Positions 27,601 to 37,012 are shown, counted from the first letter of the stretch. The stretch: DNA of 64,000 bases from an uncultured Chloroflexia bacterium (GCA_963700285.1 CAVOXA010000010.1:1696001-1760000); one strand, 5' to 3'. Notes: generated by a model from the letters alone, not told the origin. Made by a program: numbers and translations.

Positions 27601-28793
27601 TGATGGCCGTCGTCATCTTGGTGTACGCCCTGGCCGGGCAGATGACGCCCGATATCGTGCTTGCCATCGCTCTGTTTGCTGTGGGCATGATCTTTAGCAA
27701 TCTGGCTGACGGGTTCAGCGCTGTGTTCTATGCCTATGAAAAGATGGAGTACCCGGCGGCCATCTCGACAGTGACAGCCGTCATCCGAGTTAGCCTGGGG
27801 GCATTGGTTCTCCTGATGGGCCTGGGCTTTGTGGGGCTGGCGGCGGTTTCGGTGGTGGCCAACCTGGTGAGTGCCAGTATCCTGGGTATATTGGTGGTCC
27901 GCCATTGCTTCAGGCCTCATCCGGAATGGGATCCACAGGATGCCAGGTGCATGCTGAATACCTCATTCCCGCTGATGATCAACCTGCTGCTGGCGACTGT
28001 CTTTTTCCGCATCGACATATTACTGCTCAAGCCGATGCAGGGTGACGCTGTGGTGGGCTACTATGGTGCTGCGTACAAGTATATCGATGGGCTGAACATC
28101 ATCCCCGCCTATTTTACCCAGGCTATCTTTCCCCTTATGAGCCGCTACGCCGATTCGGCCCGCGATTCGCTGCTGAGGGCCTATACGCTCTCCTTGCGAC
28201 TGCTGCTCCTCATCGCACTGCCTATTTCCTTTGGCACTCCCTTTGTCGCGGGCGGGCTCATCATGGTGCTGGGTGGCGCCGAGTATATGCCCGACTCGAT
28301 GATTGCCCTCCAGATCCTCATCTGGTTCCTGCCCTTTAGTTTTGTCAACAGCGTGACACAGTACGTGCTCATTGCCATAGACCAGCAGCGTTTCCTGACA
28401 AAGGCCTTCCTGATTGGCGTGAGCTTTAATATCGTCGCCAACCTGCTTGTCATCCCGGTCTATAGCTACAAAGGGGCGGCGGTAGTGACCATCCTGTCCG
28501 AGTTTGCCCTGCTCATCCCCTTCTATTACGCCATCCGCAAACACCTGGGTCGCCTGCCGTGGTTTTCTCTATGCTGGAGACCGACGGCGGCCTCAGCGGT
28601 CATGGCTGTGGTGATGTGGCTGCTTAGTAGCGGGCTGCCCTGGCCCTTGTTGATCCCGGTAGGCGGGTCCGTATACCTGGCCGTCCTGTTCCTCATTGGC
28701 GGGTTCCGGCAGCCCGATATGGATCTGCTCGGTCGCCTGCTTCCGCTCGATCGCCTACGTGCGCGCCTGCTGGGGGGGCGAACTGTGGATTGA
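24648..28793 (+). CDS. YfhO-family GT-C glycosyltransferase fused to a Wzx/MATE-type oligosaccharide flippase
   Basis: PLWNPHLFGGVPFLA, GHPE, PFRW, GWLVLADSYSPGWKA...ADGNFRAV...FKYTP; then RVAKNS...VVGYYGAAYK...FPLMSR...IP.YSYKGAA flippase. Confidence 0.88.
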   Translation: MQRSRKWLLDGGALLVLLILPLILFWPVAVGQKTLIPADNLYQWEPYRTDADQQGVDLPPHNELLSDLVLENLVWKRFIVQSIQAREVPLWNPHLFGGVPFLAAGQHSALYPLSGLFYVLPLIRAYGLFTVLQLWLAGAFMYIFGRTLRMGRFPALVAGITFQLSAFFLVSVVFSMIIAAAAWLPLLLAIIEVMVRKQEEKGTGPFVPVVYVLLGSTALGIHVLAGHPEILVYTLMVMAYYALIRLILLWRRVGDWRPSLRLGCWLALMVGLGIGLGSVQLIPLFELVTSSFREGSVTYADVVGWAYPGRQILTFLVPDFFGNPAHHGYWDLVSRQWVAADRIFWGIKNYVEAGSYVGILPLLLATVAVFGSLRSSENRRHIWIFAALAALSLLFVFGTPLYAILYYGLPGIKQLHSPFRWIFPYTLSVAVLAGFGVKSLSTAIRRLDVGEQGIVGIEMRGSRILALFAWAILLVGAAMVAVLAIVFIAPELFLPLADRFLVAVEKAQEAFGSGRMLLSYQWRNFLILGLVLVASGLVLLASRRALYLSIRKPVKVRTPVWQILVVAVVAVDLLLFGAGFNPASDPAWLGYTPPSVEFLKERSEGVEPWRLTTYQVEGGTKTLNANIPWLHDLQDVRGYDSIIPRQYVTYMRAIENQGELLYNRIAPIYGLENLSSPLLDLLNVRYVVTEGEVPNPDYELVYDDKVRIYENTDVLPRAFALSRAEVVSEADLAGRLSSLDPRALVLLDEDTIPDAQVPGSDLKWPLQPASIAAYAPNVVFVDVEMPGPGWLVLADSYSPGWKAYRSDPDGKAPDPKSEPANERELTIVRADGNFRAVFLEEGRHRVRFKYTPMSFKLGLYGSFMAVVVMLLVGFYWLWGRFYRESADDPTVKRVAKNSLLPMGLQLLNKVIDFAFAMLMLRILAPEMAGRYYFAVAFIGYFDILVRFGLGTLLTREVSKEREQGNRYLSTVTILRGLLWLTSVPLMAVVILVYALAGQMTPDIVLAIALFAVGMIFSNLADGFSAVFYAYEKMEYPAAISTVTAVIRVSLGALVLLMGLGFVGLAAVSVVANLVSASILGILVVRHCFRPHPEWDPQDARCMLNTSFPLMINLLLATVFFRIDILLLKPMQGDAVVGYYGAAYKYIDGLNIIPAYFTQAIFPLMSRYADSARDSLLRAYTLSLRLLLLIALPISFGTPFVAGGLIMVLGGAEYMPDSMIALQILIWFLPFSFVNSVTQYVLIAIDQQRFLTKAFLIGVSFNIVANLLVIPVYSYKGAAVVTILSEFALLIPFYYAIRKHLGRLPWFSLCWRPTAASAVMAVVMWLLSSGLPWPLLIPVGGSVYLAVLFLIGGFRQPDMDLLGRLLPLDRLRARLLGGRTVD

Positions 28794-28871
28794 GCAGTTG
28801 CTGTATTTGTCGAATCTGGGGGTAATGGGGGCAGACCGCGGGGGTTTTCCGCAACCTCCGAGGTCTTGGTT

Positions 28872-29903
28872 TTATCTGGCGCGCCGCCGTTGGAGTACAG
28901 CCACGATGGTAATCGTCACAAGAACGACAAACAGAGTACCCAGGGCACACTCGGCCATGCGTAGCCAGGTGACGTAGGGCTTCCCCAACAAACCGGCTGT
29001 TCGGATTTCCTGATCATCTGCGGTAGGCTGGAGATCTCGGGCCTCCGCAACAAGAGTGGCCACAATGGTCGGAGGGACGGTAGCTGAAGGTTGCTGGGGA
29101 GGCGGCGAGGTCGGTACCAGAGTTGGCGTGGGTCCAGCCATGACTGCCGCTGATTCTGCTTCTCCCGCCGCCTCTTCAACCTCCGCTGCCAGGGGAACTG
29201 CAGCCCGCTCGGTACTCTTTTCTTGCGTATCTTGTGAGCTACCGTCCATTGCCGTCATGCCGCCAGAGCCTGACGGCAGCGTCGGAGCAATGTCCATCTC
29301 CATCGCCAGCGGGGCTTCGGCAGGCTCGCTGGTAGGGCCCTGGCTTGGTACAGCCATTTGCGGTGCCGGAGCTTGCTCCGCCTCGGCTAGGCCCTCTTTG
29401 ACGGCTGCTTCCGACTCGAGTACGATTTCCTTCTCTACGTTCCCGGCTTCTCGAGTCGGTGCAACATCGGCCACGGTCTGCTCCATCACCGCTTCGGACT
29501 GGGGGGCTAGTGCTGGCGCAGAGCTAGCCGGCACAGTACCGGTGGGCAGAACACTGGTCAGCATGATGTCGCCGGCTACGACAACGACGAGCAGCAGGGC
29601 AATCAAGGCCGTGGCGCCCTGGAGCAGGGGCACCCAACCCCTCCACGGCCTGGCAATAGGCGCCGACCGGGCAGGGGCCGGAATCGTAAAAACACGAGGT
29701 ACGGGGATCGTGGGCAAGTCCCGAGTCCACTGGACCGTCCGCTGGAGGGTGTCGAACTGCCACTGGCAGGCTTGGCAAGCAGCCAGATGCTGGCTTACGG
29801 CCTTTTTCTCCGGCGGCGATAGCTCGCCATCCAGATAGGCCGATAGCCGATCTTTGACGTACTGGTGATCGCTTGTATCGTTTCTCTTTTGCACCCGACT
29901 CAT
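28872..29903 (-). CDS. Zinc-finger (zf-HC2/ZAS) anti-sigma factor with two TM helices
   Basis: LSAYLDGEL...HLAACQAC; overlaps the sigma-factor stop. Confidence 0.88.
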   Translation of the reverse strand: MSRVQKRNDTSDHQYVKDRLSAYLDGELSPPEKKAVSQHLAACQACQWQFDTLQRTVQWTRDLPTIPVPRVFTIPAPARSAPIARPWRGWVPLLQGATALIALLLVVVVAGDIMLTSVLPTGTVPASSAPALAPQSEAVMEQTVADVAPTREAGNVEKEIVLESEAAVKEGLAEAEQAPAPQMAVPSQGPTSEPAEAPLAMEMDIAPTLPSGSGGMTAMDGSSQDTQEKSTERAAVPLAAEVEEAAGEAESAAVMAGPTPTLVPTSPPPQQPSATVPPTIVATLVAEARDLQPTADDQEIRTAGLLGKPYVTWLRMAECALGTLFVVLVTITIVAVLQRRRAR

Positions 29904-30535
29904 CGCATATGGCCCCCCACGGAACGCTCCTGGCTCGCCTCCGTGGCACCTCTTAGACGGTAGCGGGTAGGCAAAAGTTCCCCATGTTCCTGCATATAGT
30001 CCCGGAGTTTCGCTCTGCCTCGACTGAGACGGGATTTGACGGTACCCAGCGACATGCCTGTCGCTTGAGTTATCTCGTTGTAACTCAGCCCCTGAATGTC
30101 AGACAGTACCAGGACAATGCGCTGGTCTGCTGGCAGGGTCGAGATACCGCTCTGGATCACTTTGTTCAGCTCGTGGCGCTCGACCACTTCGTCTGGGAGC
30201 TTGGCTGGGTCGCGTAGCACTGTCGTCTGGTCAGCTTCGATGGGCAGATCATCCAGGGAGCTGGTGGGGCGGCGCTGCTTTCTGCGCAATTGATCGTAGC
30301 AGGCGTTGGTAACGATGCGCAGCAGCCAGGACTTGAACGATCCCCCCCGGAATTTCTGTATCGCTTTGAAGGCAGAGAGAAAAGCATCCTGCGTCGCATC
30401 GGCTGCAGCGTCGGGGTCGCTCAGGATGCGGTATGCGAGGTTGTAGACCATACTCTGGTAGAGCATGACCAGTTGGTTAAAAGCGCGGACGTCGCCCTTG
30501 CGCGCAGAGGCGATCAGCGCTTGCTCATCCATCAA
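29900..30535 (-). CDS. ECF RNA polymerase sigma factor
   Basis: DATQDAF, FKSWLLRIVTNACYD, GLSYNEI...GTVKSRLSRGR. Confidence 0.95.
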   Translation of the reverse strand: MMDEQALIASARKGDVRAFNQLVMLYQSMVYNLAYRILSDPDAAADATQDAFLSAFKAIQKFRGGSFKSWLLRIVTNACYDQLRRKQRRPTSSLDDLPIEADQTTVLRDPAKLPDEVVERHELNKVIQSGISTLPADQRIVLVLSDIQGLSYNEITQATGMSLGTVKSRLSRGRAKLRDYMQEHGELLPTRYRLRGATEASQERSVGGHMR

Positions 30536-30665
30536 CTAGCTCCAAGATACGAACCCCTCGCCAAGTCGGACTGGCCAGAAATAGAGACAGTGTTCGCAAC
30601 GTACTACGCTCGTTGATCTGCCTGGAATCGGAAAAACCCTCGCAAGAGACATCAAGGTCAAAAAC

Positions 30666-30694
30666 TTGACTAAACTGTGATTCTCTTCTATACT
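30666..30694 (+). promoter_or_regulatory. Sigma70 promoter of tRNA-Leu
   Basis: TTGACT-17-TATACT. Confidence 0.8.
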
Positions 30695-30705
30695 ATCATG
30701 CACCA

Positions 30706-30789
30706 GCCGGAGTGGCGGAACAGGCAGACGCGCGCGACTCAAACTCGCGTGAGGGCAACCTCTTGTGGGTTCGATTCCCACCTCCGGCA
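30706..30789 (+). tRNA. tRNA-Leu (CAA); CCA not encoded
   Basis: Acceptor gccggag/ctccggc, D-arm tggcggaacaggcagacgc, anticodon loop ctCAAac, long variable arm, T-arm gtgggttcgattcccac. Confidence 0.96.
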
Positions 30790-30959
30790 CCTGTGCTGCA
30801 ATGGACCGTTTGTATGAGCGGCTAACCATTGCAGTTCTATTATACCAGGTTTCAACCGCACGTGCCAACGGCGAGATCTGGCACGCCAGCAACTCCACCT
30901 GAATTCTGCCAGCCGCATCGTTCCGGGCGGCTGAGTTTGCGTTAGGGAGCAATGCACAG

Positions 30960-32072
30960 TTGCAGCAAGAGAAGCAAAATCCGCTAGATTGGAAAATGGT
31001 GGTACTGGCCATCCTGGGGCTGGTAGCCGGGTTGGTACTGGGTTTGCTGCTTGGGTTGTTCCTGAAACCCGAATGTACCATTGCCGAATTGCCAGCCGAG
31101 GACAAGGAGGCGTACATCGTCCTGGTGGGCGTAGCCTACACCGAGGATGGTGACCTGGAGAAGGCTCAACTGCGCCTGGCGCGGCTGGAGGCGCCAAACC
31201 CCGGGCTGTGGGTCGTTGATCTGGCTGACCGCTATATCGCCGAGGGGCACGATGAGGCTGACATCCAGGCTCTGGCCACATTGGCCCAGGGATTGGGTGT
31301 CGATACGCCCCAGATGCTGGCCTACCTGCCATCGCCGACATCGCCGCCGACAAATACACCCTTGCCGACCCTGACGGCGACGGCTACGAAACCCCCAACG
31401 TTCACGCCTATCCCGCCGACGGCGACACCCATCCCGCCGACCGACACGCCAGAGCCGACGCCAACTCAACCGGCGACAAGTACACCTGTACCGCCGACGC
31501 CTATCCCGCCGACTGCAACAACGGTTCCACCAACGAACACGCCCAGCCCTCCACCTCAACCGACCAACACATCGCCACCCCCACCGCCCACCAAAACTCC
31601 ACAGCCGCCAGCCGCCAAGTGGAGTTATGATGCCCGGCTCGTGGGACCAGGACAAGATGCGCAGGGGTGTGACTATGGCAACCTCCAACTGCGTGTGACC
31701 GTTATCGACGGCCAGGGAGCCCAACTGGGCGGCGTGTGGGTCCACGATCGTTACTCCCAGCAGTACCAGGTGACAGGCAACGTAGACTCGCCAGAGTGGG
31801 GGCCCGGCGAGACCAAGTTCGAGTATGGCATTGGTGGTGGGGGCAGTCTGTGCGTCGCCACGGGAGAGGGCGGTGGTTGCATCAGCGACTATACCCGCGA
31901 CATGCCGGCCTACAACGTACCTCCAGTGGAGGACCTGCACGCGGCAGGGTATTGCAGTCAGTGTTGTGAGCCCGGTGCAACCCTGGAGCGATGCCGGGAA
32001 CTGGTGGATGCCGGCAAGTGCATGGGCAATGGCCACTACTCCTGGCGCATCGTGTTCAAGCGGTCTTTTTAA
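30960..32072 (+). CDS. Membrane-anchored protein with Pro/Thr stalk and Cys-rich C-terminal domain
   Basis: N-terminal TM, helical domain, ~95 aa PT-rich linker, C-terminus with 8 Cys. Confidence 0.8.
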   Translation: MQQEKQNPLDWKMVVLAILGLVAGLVLGLLLGLFLKPECTIAELPAEDKEAYIVLVGVAYTEDGDLEKAQLRLARLEAPNPGLWVVDLADRYIAEGHDEADIQALATLAQGLGVDTPQMLAYLPSPTSPPTNTPLPTLTATATKPPTFTPIPPTATPIPPTDTPEPTPTQPATSTPVPPTPIPPTATTVPPTNTPSPPPQPTNTSPPPPPTKTPQPPAAKWSYDARLVGPGQDAQGCDYGNLQLRVTVIDGQGAQLGGVWVHDRYSQQYQVTGNVDSPEWGPGETKFEYGIGGGGSLCVATGEGGGCISDYTRDMPAYNVPPVEDLHAAGYCSQCCEPGATLERCRELVDAGKCMGNGHYSWRIVFKRSF

Positions 32073-32157
32073 CCGGAGCAGGGGAAGGCTCCACTGCGGC
32101 CTGCGGGTGGGCCTGGTTCCCTGAGAGCTGGTTGATTTTCAAGCGAGTTGTTCTGCT

Positions 32158-34488
32158 ATGACAGGGTCCAATACCCGAAGCGGACATGCCACTGGAATGC
32201 ACGCCCTCGTGGTGGCGGCCGTTTTGATCCTGGTTCTGGCTCCCATTCTCCTACTGACAACTCAACCGCTGTGGCTGCGCTGGTTGGCCATCATGGCGCT
32301 GGCTTGGTGGCTGCCAGGCGCCCTGTTGGTGGCCCATTGGCGCCTGCCGGATCAGGATCTGCCTGCCGCAGCCGTTCTGGCCGCGGGCATGGGTCTGTGT
32401 TGGATGATGCTGGTGGTCCTTCTGATCCACTGGCTGCCGGGCCCGATGGAACTCTGGATGCTGCTGGCGGCCTACGGGCTGGGGGCGCTGGTGCTGCTGC
32501 TTGCTCTCTTCTGGCGGCGTCCCCTTCCCCTACGGCCGGCCGCGGGCACGACTTGGGCCTGGATCGCCGCGCTGATACTGTTTGTTTCCCTTCTGCGCCT
32601 CCCGGGCTTGGGCTACCATGAGCTACACGGGGACGAGACCATGGTCCTGCATAGGGCCAGGTGGGCCATCTGGGGAGAGGATGACGTGCTGGCCCGGCAT
32701 GCCAAAGGCCCGGGTGAGATTGCCGTGGCCATGGTGGTCTACCGTGCGCTGGGCACAGCCAACGAGGCTACGACCCGCTTGCCCTTTGCCCTGATGGGCA
32801 TTGTCAGTGTCCTGGCTATCGCACTGTTGGGACGCAGTATGTTCTCAGGCCAGACATCCCTGGCAGGTGCAGTTGGGTTCTGGGCTGGAGCCTTGTTGGC
32901 GGTCAATGGCTTTGCCCTGGCCCTTTCGCGCATTGTCCAGTACCAGCCTGCGGTGCTCTTGTTGTCTATCCTGTCGGTACTGTGCGCCTGGGAGTTCTCT
33001 CGACGCGGCGAGGGGCGCTGGCTGGCGCTGGTCGCCCTGTTCAGCGGTTTCGGCATCCTGATGCACTATGAGTATGCCCTGATGGCGCCGGTCCTGCTGG
33101 TGTTGGCTTGGACAGGCTGGAAACGGGCGCCGGACAGGCGGCGGGTTGTGATGGCTGGACTGGTCGCGGGCATCTTCGCCGCGCTGGTCGTCGCCACTAC
33201 CTATCTGCCTGGCGTCCTGGACCCCCGGTTCGCCAGAACGCAGCGCTACCTTGGCACTCGACTCGGCGGACTTGGTGCGTTCAACTTTCCCATTTTCGTC
33301 GAACTGGGATCATTCTACACCGGCGCCTACTTTTTCCTGGGGCTGATCCTGCTGATGGTTGCCGGGCTGATTGTTGGCTGGCGCATGGCCCGGCGGAGGA
33401 CCCTTCTACTGGTACTCTGGTTTGCGCCCTTCTTGATCCTGTACCTGTTTGTCATGCAGCATCCGGGAACTCATTTCTATCTGATCATGCCAAGCTGGTC
33501 ACTGCTGGCAGCCCTGCCTCTGGCGGCTGTGACGACCTCCGAATCGATGCGGCCGGTTCTACGCTGGGGCGTGCTGGCACTGGCGGCAGCCTGGCTGGTA
33601 GCCTCTGTTGGCTATCTTTACCTGGCCTTTTTCCGGCAATCGCCCGAGTACGTCGTCAACTATGAGGAGAGCCGGGCGCCGTTTTACTGGGCGCCCTTTG
33701 GCGAGAATGTGCCCCAAAGGCCACGCTATGCTTTTCCGATCCAGGAAGGATGGAAGACCATTGGGACCCTGGCCCAGTGGGGTTGTCTGAATGGTACTTT
33801 TTCCAGCAACGAAGGTTCGCAGAGCCTGCGGTTCTGGTATCTACCCGCGCTGGAGCGGGTGGACTTTGCAGCCGCGCCCGACTATGTGTTTGTGGCTACC
33901 CACCTGCAGGCGCCCTATCCACAATTCAGCGAGAGCCGCCTGGAGGGCTACCAACAGGTAGGTGCGGTACGCCTGCGGGGCGAGCCACGCATAGAGATCT
34001 GGGCGCGCGAGCCATTGCCCTACGTTGTCTACGATCAAGAGGCGTTTGCCGCCGTATTTGATGGCGAGGTCCCCGTGTTAGTGGAGGGCCCCATCCCCTC
34101 CGAAGCCGTGCGCGACGTGAGCCTGGGCGAGACGATGATACTGGAGGCGGGCGCGCTGACGCCCGGGACCTTGACCGGGGGCGACACGCTGCATCTACTC
34201 CTGGTATGGCGCCCCCAGCGGGAACTGGCCGGAGACTATAAGGTCTTTGTCCATGTCACAGACGCGAGCGGCAGCCCGCTGGCACAGTGGGATGGCCGGC
34301 CCTGCCTGAACCTGGGCAGTACGAGGCAGTGGGTAGCGGGGGAAACGGTCAGGGATCACGTACTCTTGGCCCTCCCTGAGGACATGCCGCCCGGGGAATA
34401 TTCGGTAGTCGCCGGGCTTTATGATGAGGCTACGGGCGAGCGTTTGGGTGGTCAGGCCGTAGAGATTGGCACGATCACTGTACGGTAG
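32158..34488 (+). CDS. ArnT/PMT-family (GT39/GT83-like) GT-C glycosyltransferase with C-terminal Ig-like domain
   Basis: ELHGDE, RLPFA, SRIVQY; C-terminal YKVFVH..D..G..LAQWDG.P...W..GE.V.D...L...PGEY....GLYD...GERL. Confidence 0.85.
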   Translation: MTGSNTRSGHATGMHALVVAAVLILVLAPILLLTTQPLWLRWLAIMALAWWLPGALLVAHWRLPDQDLPAAAVLAAGMGLCWMMLVVLLIHWLPGPMELWMLLAAYGLGALVLLLALFWRRPLPLRPAAGTTWAWIAALILFVSLLRLPGLGYHELHGDETMVLHRARWAIWGEDDVLARHAKGPGEIAVAMVVYRALGTANEATTRLPFALMGIVSVLAIALLGRSMFSGQTSLAGAVGFWAGALLAVNGFALALSRIVQYQPAVLLLSILSVLCAWEFSRRGEGRWLALVALFSGFGILMHYEYALMAPVLLVLAWTGWKRAPDRRRVVMAGLVAGIFAALVVATTYLPGVLDPRFARTQRYLGTRLGGLGAFNFPIFVELGSFYTGAYFFLGLILLMVAGLIVGWRMARRRTLLLVLWFAPFLILYLFVMQHPGTHFYLIMPSWSLLAALPLAAVTTSESMRPVLRWGVLALAAAWLVASVGYLYLAFFRQSPEYVVNYEESRAPFYWAPFGENVPQRPRYAFPIQEGWKTIGTLAQWGCLNGTFSSNEGSQSLRFWYLPALERVDFAAAPDYVFVATHLQAPYPQFSESRLEGYQQVGAVRLRGEPRIEIWAREPLPYVVYDQEAFAAVFDGEVPVLVEGPIPSEAVRDVSLGETMILEAGALTPGTLTGGDTLHLLLVWRPQRELAGDYKVFVHVTDASGSPLAQWDGRPCLNLGSTRQWVAGETVRDHVLLALPEDMPPGEYSVVAGLYDEATGERLGGQAVEIGTITVR

Positions 34489-34549
34489 AGCCGCCCGATT
34501 TGCCGTCACATGACTTGGACCTCAGGCATCCAACGCCAGCAGTCCATAA

Positions 34550-34578
34550 TTGACATTTGCCCCATTGTGGGGTATGAT
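34550..34578 (+). promoter_or_regulatory. Sigma70 promoter of ssb
   Basis: TTGACA-17-TATGAT. Confidence 0.8.
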
Positions 34579-34639
34579 GTTGAGTAGTGTTACCTCTTGC
34601 GGCCCATCCGGCTCGTCTCATAACGAAAGGAGTTCAACA

Positions 34640-35104
34640 ATGTTCCAGCGCGTAACACTCATCGGCAACGTCGGCCAGGATCCCCAGATGCGCTATACGC
34701 CAGATGGTACACCTGTCACCAACCTCAGCGTAGCAACCAAGACGACGGTGAGCAAAGACAAGAGCCCAAACTGCCCCACGGGCTGGAAAGAATCTTATAA
34801 TGGGCGTAATTGGGAGCTGACAACATGGTGGCGCGTGACCTGCTGGCGGGGGCTGGCTGAGACAGTCAACCAATACGTGAACAAAGGCATGCAGGTTTTT
34901 GTTGAAGGCGAAGTAAGTGGCGAGGCCGTGGATGGTTCTCAGAACCCGCGAGTGTGGACCGGGAATGATGGAACGCCGCGTGCTAGTTTTGAGATAACAG
35001 CGCGAACGGTCAAGTTCCTAGGTGGTCGCGGAGATGCGGCCTCCGGTGCACCCGTGGGCGAACCACCGCCGGAAGGGTATGAGGAGGACGTACTACCCTT
35101 CTAA
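34640..35104 (+). CDS. ssb: Single-stranded DNA-binding protein
   Basis: LIGNVGQDPQMRYTPDG, KG..VFVEG, acidic tail EEDVLPF; RBS aaggag. Confidence 0.95.
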   Translation: MFQRVTLIGNVGQDPQMRYTPDGTPVTNLSVATKTTVSKDKSPNCPTGWKESYNGRNWELTTWWRVTCWRGLAETVNQYVNKGMQVFVEGEVSGEAVDGSQNPRVWTGNDGTPRASFEITARTVKFLGGRGDAASGAPVGEPPPEGYEEDVLPF

Positions 35105-35132
35105 TCGATCTGTCAGGCAGTAGGCAGCAGAC

Positions 35133-35171
35133 GGGCGTCGTTCGCTCCTGACGGGGAACGACGCCCTTGTT
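35133..35171 (+). terminator. Hairpin after ssb
   Basis: gggcgtcgttc...gaacgacgccc-ttgtt. Confidence 0.7.
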
Positions 35172-35280
35172 TGCATGGAGCGTGGCAGTTGAAACGTGGC
35201 CCGTCAGTCGTGGTTCGTGTTGTAGATTCTGTCTTCGGTGAGCTGCCTCGGAGACAGAATCACCCACCAGGAGGTCCTAG

Positions 35281-35592
35281 ATGAGTGACAGCCCAAAAAA
35301 TCGGCGGCAGATCCAGGTCGAACTACCAGCCAACCTGGAGGCGACCTATGCCAATTTTGTGGTCATTACCCACTCGCCGTCGGAAATGATCATGGATTAT
35401 GCCCGGGCGCTGCCCAATATGCCCAAGGCCAAGGTCTATGCCCGGATCATCATGACGCCCATGAACGCCAGGTTGCTCCACAAGGCGCTGGGCGAGAACC
35501 TGGCCAAGTTCGAGGAAAAGTTCGGAGAGATTCACACGCCGGATGATGGCTTTGGGACGCAGGTCGAGCGGCTGGGATTTGTGCGCGACTAG
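35281..35592 (+). CDS. DUF3467-family protein
   Basis: YANFVVITHSPSEMIMD...ARIIMTP..A..L..AL..N...FE..FG.I. Confidence 0.8.
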   Translation: MSDSPKNRRQIQVELPANLEATYANFVVITHSPSEMIMDYARALPNMPKAKVYARIIMTPMNARLLHKALGENLAKFEEKFGEIHTPDDGFGTQVERLGFVRD

Positions 35593-35601
35593 GATAGGGA
35601 A

Positions 35602-36969
35602 ATGTCTAAATCGTTCGTAGCTCTAGTCGGACGCCCCAACGTGGGCAAGTCCACGCTGTTCAATCGCATCGTCGGCCAGCGGCGGGCCATCGTCGAGGAT
35701 ATCCCCGGGACCACGAGGGACCGGCTTTACGCTGATACCGAATGGAGCGGTGTGTTCTTTACCGTCGTCGACACCGGCGGACTGGAGATCATCGAAAGTC
35801 AAAAGAAGCGGAGGGACCGGGAACAGCCCGACCCCCTGTCGACAGCCTCGGTAGGTTTTGTCCAGGAGATCCGCGAGCAGGCCGAGATGGCCATCATGGA
35901 GGCAGACCTGATCGTCCTGTTGGTGGACGTTCTCGACGGGCTGACCCTGGCTGACGAGGATGTGGCGGATGTGCTGCGCCGGACTGAGAAACCGGTATTG
36001 GTCGCAGCCAACAAGACCGACAATGAAGAGCGTCACCAGGCGGCCTTTGACTTTTATGCACTGGGCCTGGGGGAGGTATTCCCCGTCTCAGCGTTGCACG
36101 GCATAGGCGTCGGCGAGCTTTTGGATGAGATTGTGGTCAATCTGCCCGCTGTTGAGGACGAGGAAGAACCGGATGCCCTCAAGATTGCCCTGGTAGGCCG
36201 GCCCAATGTGGGCAAGTCGTCTCTGCTCAACAAACTGCTTGGCGAAGAACGAGCCATTGTCAGCGCCATACCCGGTACCACCCGCGATGCCACAGATACC
36301 TACCTGACCTGGGAGGGGGAACCGGTGCTGCTCATCGACACGGCTGGTATCCGCCGCAGAGGGCGTGTCGAGCGAGGTATTGAAAAATATAGTGTCTTGC
36401 GGGCCATGAAAGCCATGGCTCGCGCCGACGTGGTGATGCTGTTGCTTGACGCCGAGGACGTGGTCACGGCCCAAGACGCGCACGTGGCAGGCTATGTCCT
36501 GGAGGAGATGCGCAGCATCATCGTCGTGGTGAACAAGTGGGACCTCATCGAAAAAGACACCTACACGATGGATACCTATACCAAACAGATCCGTTCCGAC
36601 TTGAAGTTCCTGGATTACGTACCCGTTCTGTACATCTCGGCGCTTACGGGCCAGCGGATCCATCGCATTCTGCCCCTTGCCTTCCAAGTCTACAGGGAGC
36701 GGATGGTACGAATCTCGACGGGTGAGTTGAATCGCCTGGTGGCAGATGCCACAATCCGGCACTCACCGCCGCACAAGGCCGGCAAACGGCTCAAGTTTCT
36801 GTATGCTACCCAGGCGGCGGTAGATCCACCGACCTTTGTCTTTTTCGTCAATGATACCCGGCTTGTTCACTTTACGTACAAGCGCTACCTGGAGAACCAG
36901 ATCCGCAGGCGGTACGGCTACCTGGGCACTCCCCTCAAGTTGGTGTTCCGGTCTCGGGCCAAGGAGTAG
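35602..36969 (+). CDS. der: Ribosome biogenesis GTPase Der (EngA)
   Basis: Two GRPNVGKS G-domains, PGTTRD twice, PPTFVFF. Confidence 0.98.
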   Translation: MSKSFVALVGRPNVGKSTLFNRIVGQRRAIVEDIPGTTRDRLYADTEWSGVFFTVVDTGGLEIIESQKKRRDREQPDPLSTASVGFVQEIREQAEMAIMEADLIVLLVDVLDGLTLADEDVADVLRRTEKPVLVAANKTDNEERHQAAFDFYALGLGEVFPVSALHGIGVGELLDEIVVNLPAVEDEEEPDALKIALVGRPNVGKSSLLNKLLGEERAIVSAIPGTTRDATDTYLTWEGEPVLLIDTAGIRRRGRVERGIEKYSVLRAMKAMARADVVMLLLDAEDVVTAQDAHVAGYVLEEMRSIIVVVNKWDLIEKDTYTMDTYTKQIRSDLKFLDYVPVLYISALTGQRIHRILPLAFQVYRERMVRISTGELNRLVADATIRHSPPHKAGKRLKFLYATQAAVDPPTFVFFVNDTRLVHFTYKRYLENQIRRRYGYLGTPLKLVFRSRAKE

Positions 36970-37012
36970 CAGGCTTGAGCATCTCTGTTCCAAAGCCCTG
37001 TCGAGGAAGAAT

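Noticed and set aside
30706-30792. tRNA-Leu as an integration site for a genomic island
   Set aside because: I saw no duplicate of the tRNA 3' end and no integrase; the flanking genes look chromosomal.
30984-32036. 350-aa antisense Arg/Trp-rich ORF and similar long shadow ORFs (e.g. 61647-62624, 58404-59315, 6544-7413)
   Set aside because: Antisense shadows of real genes in high-GC DNA, with no recognisable motifs.
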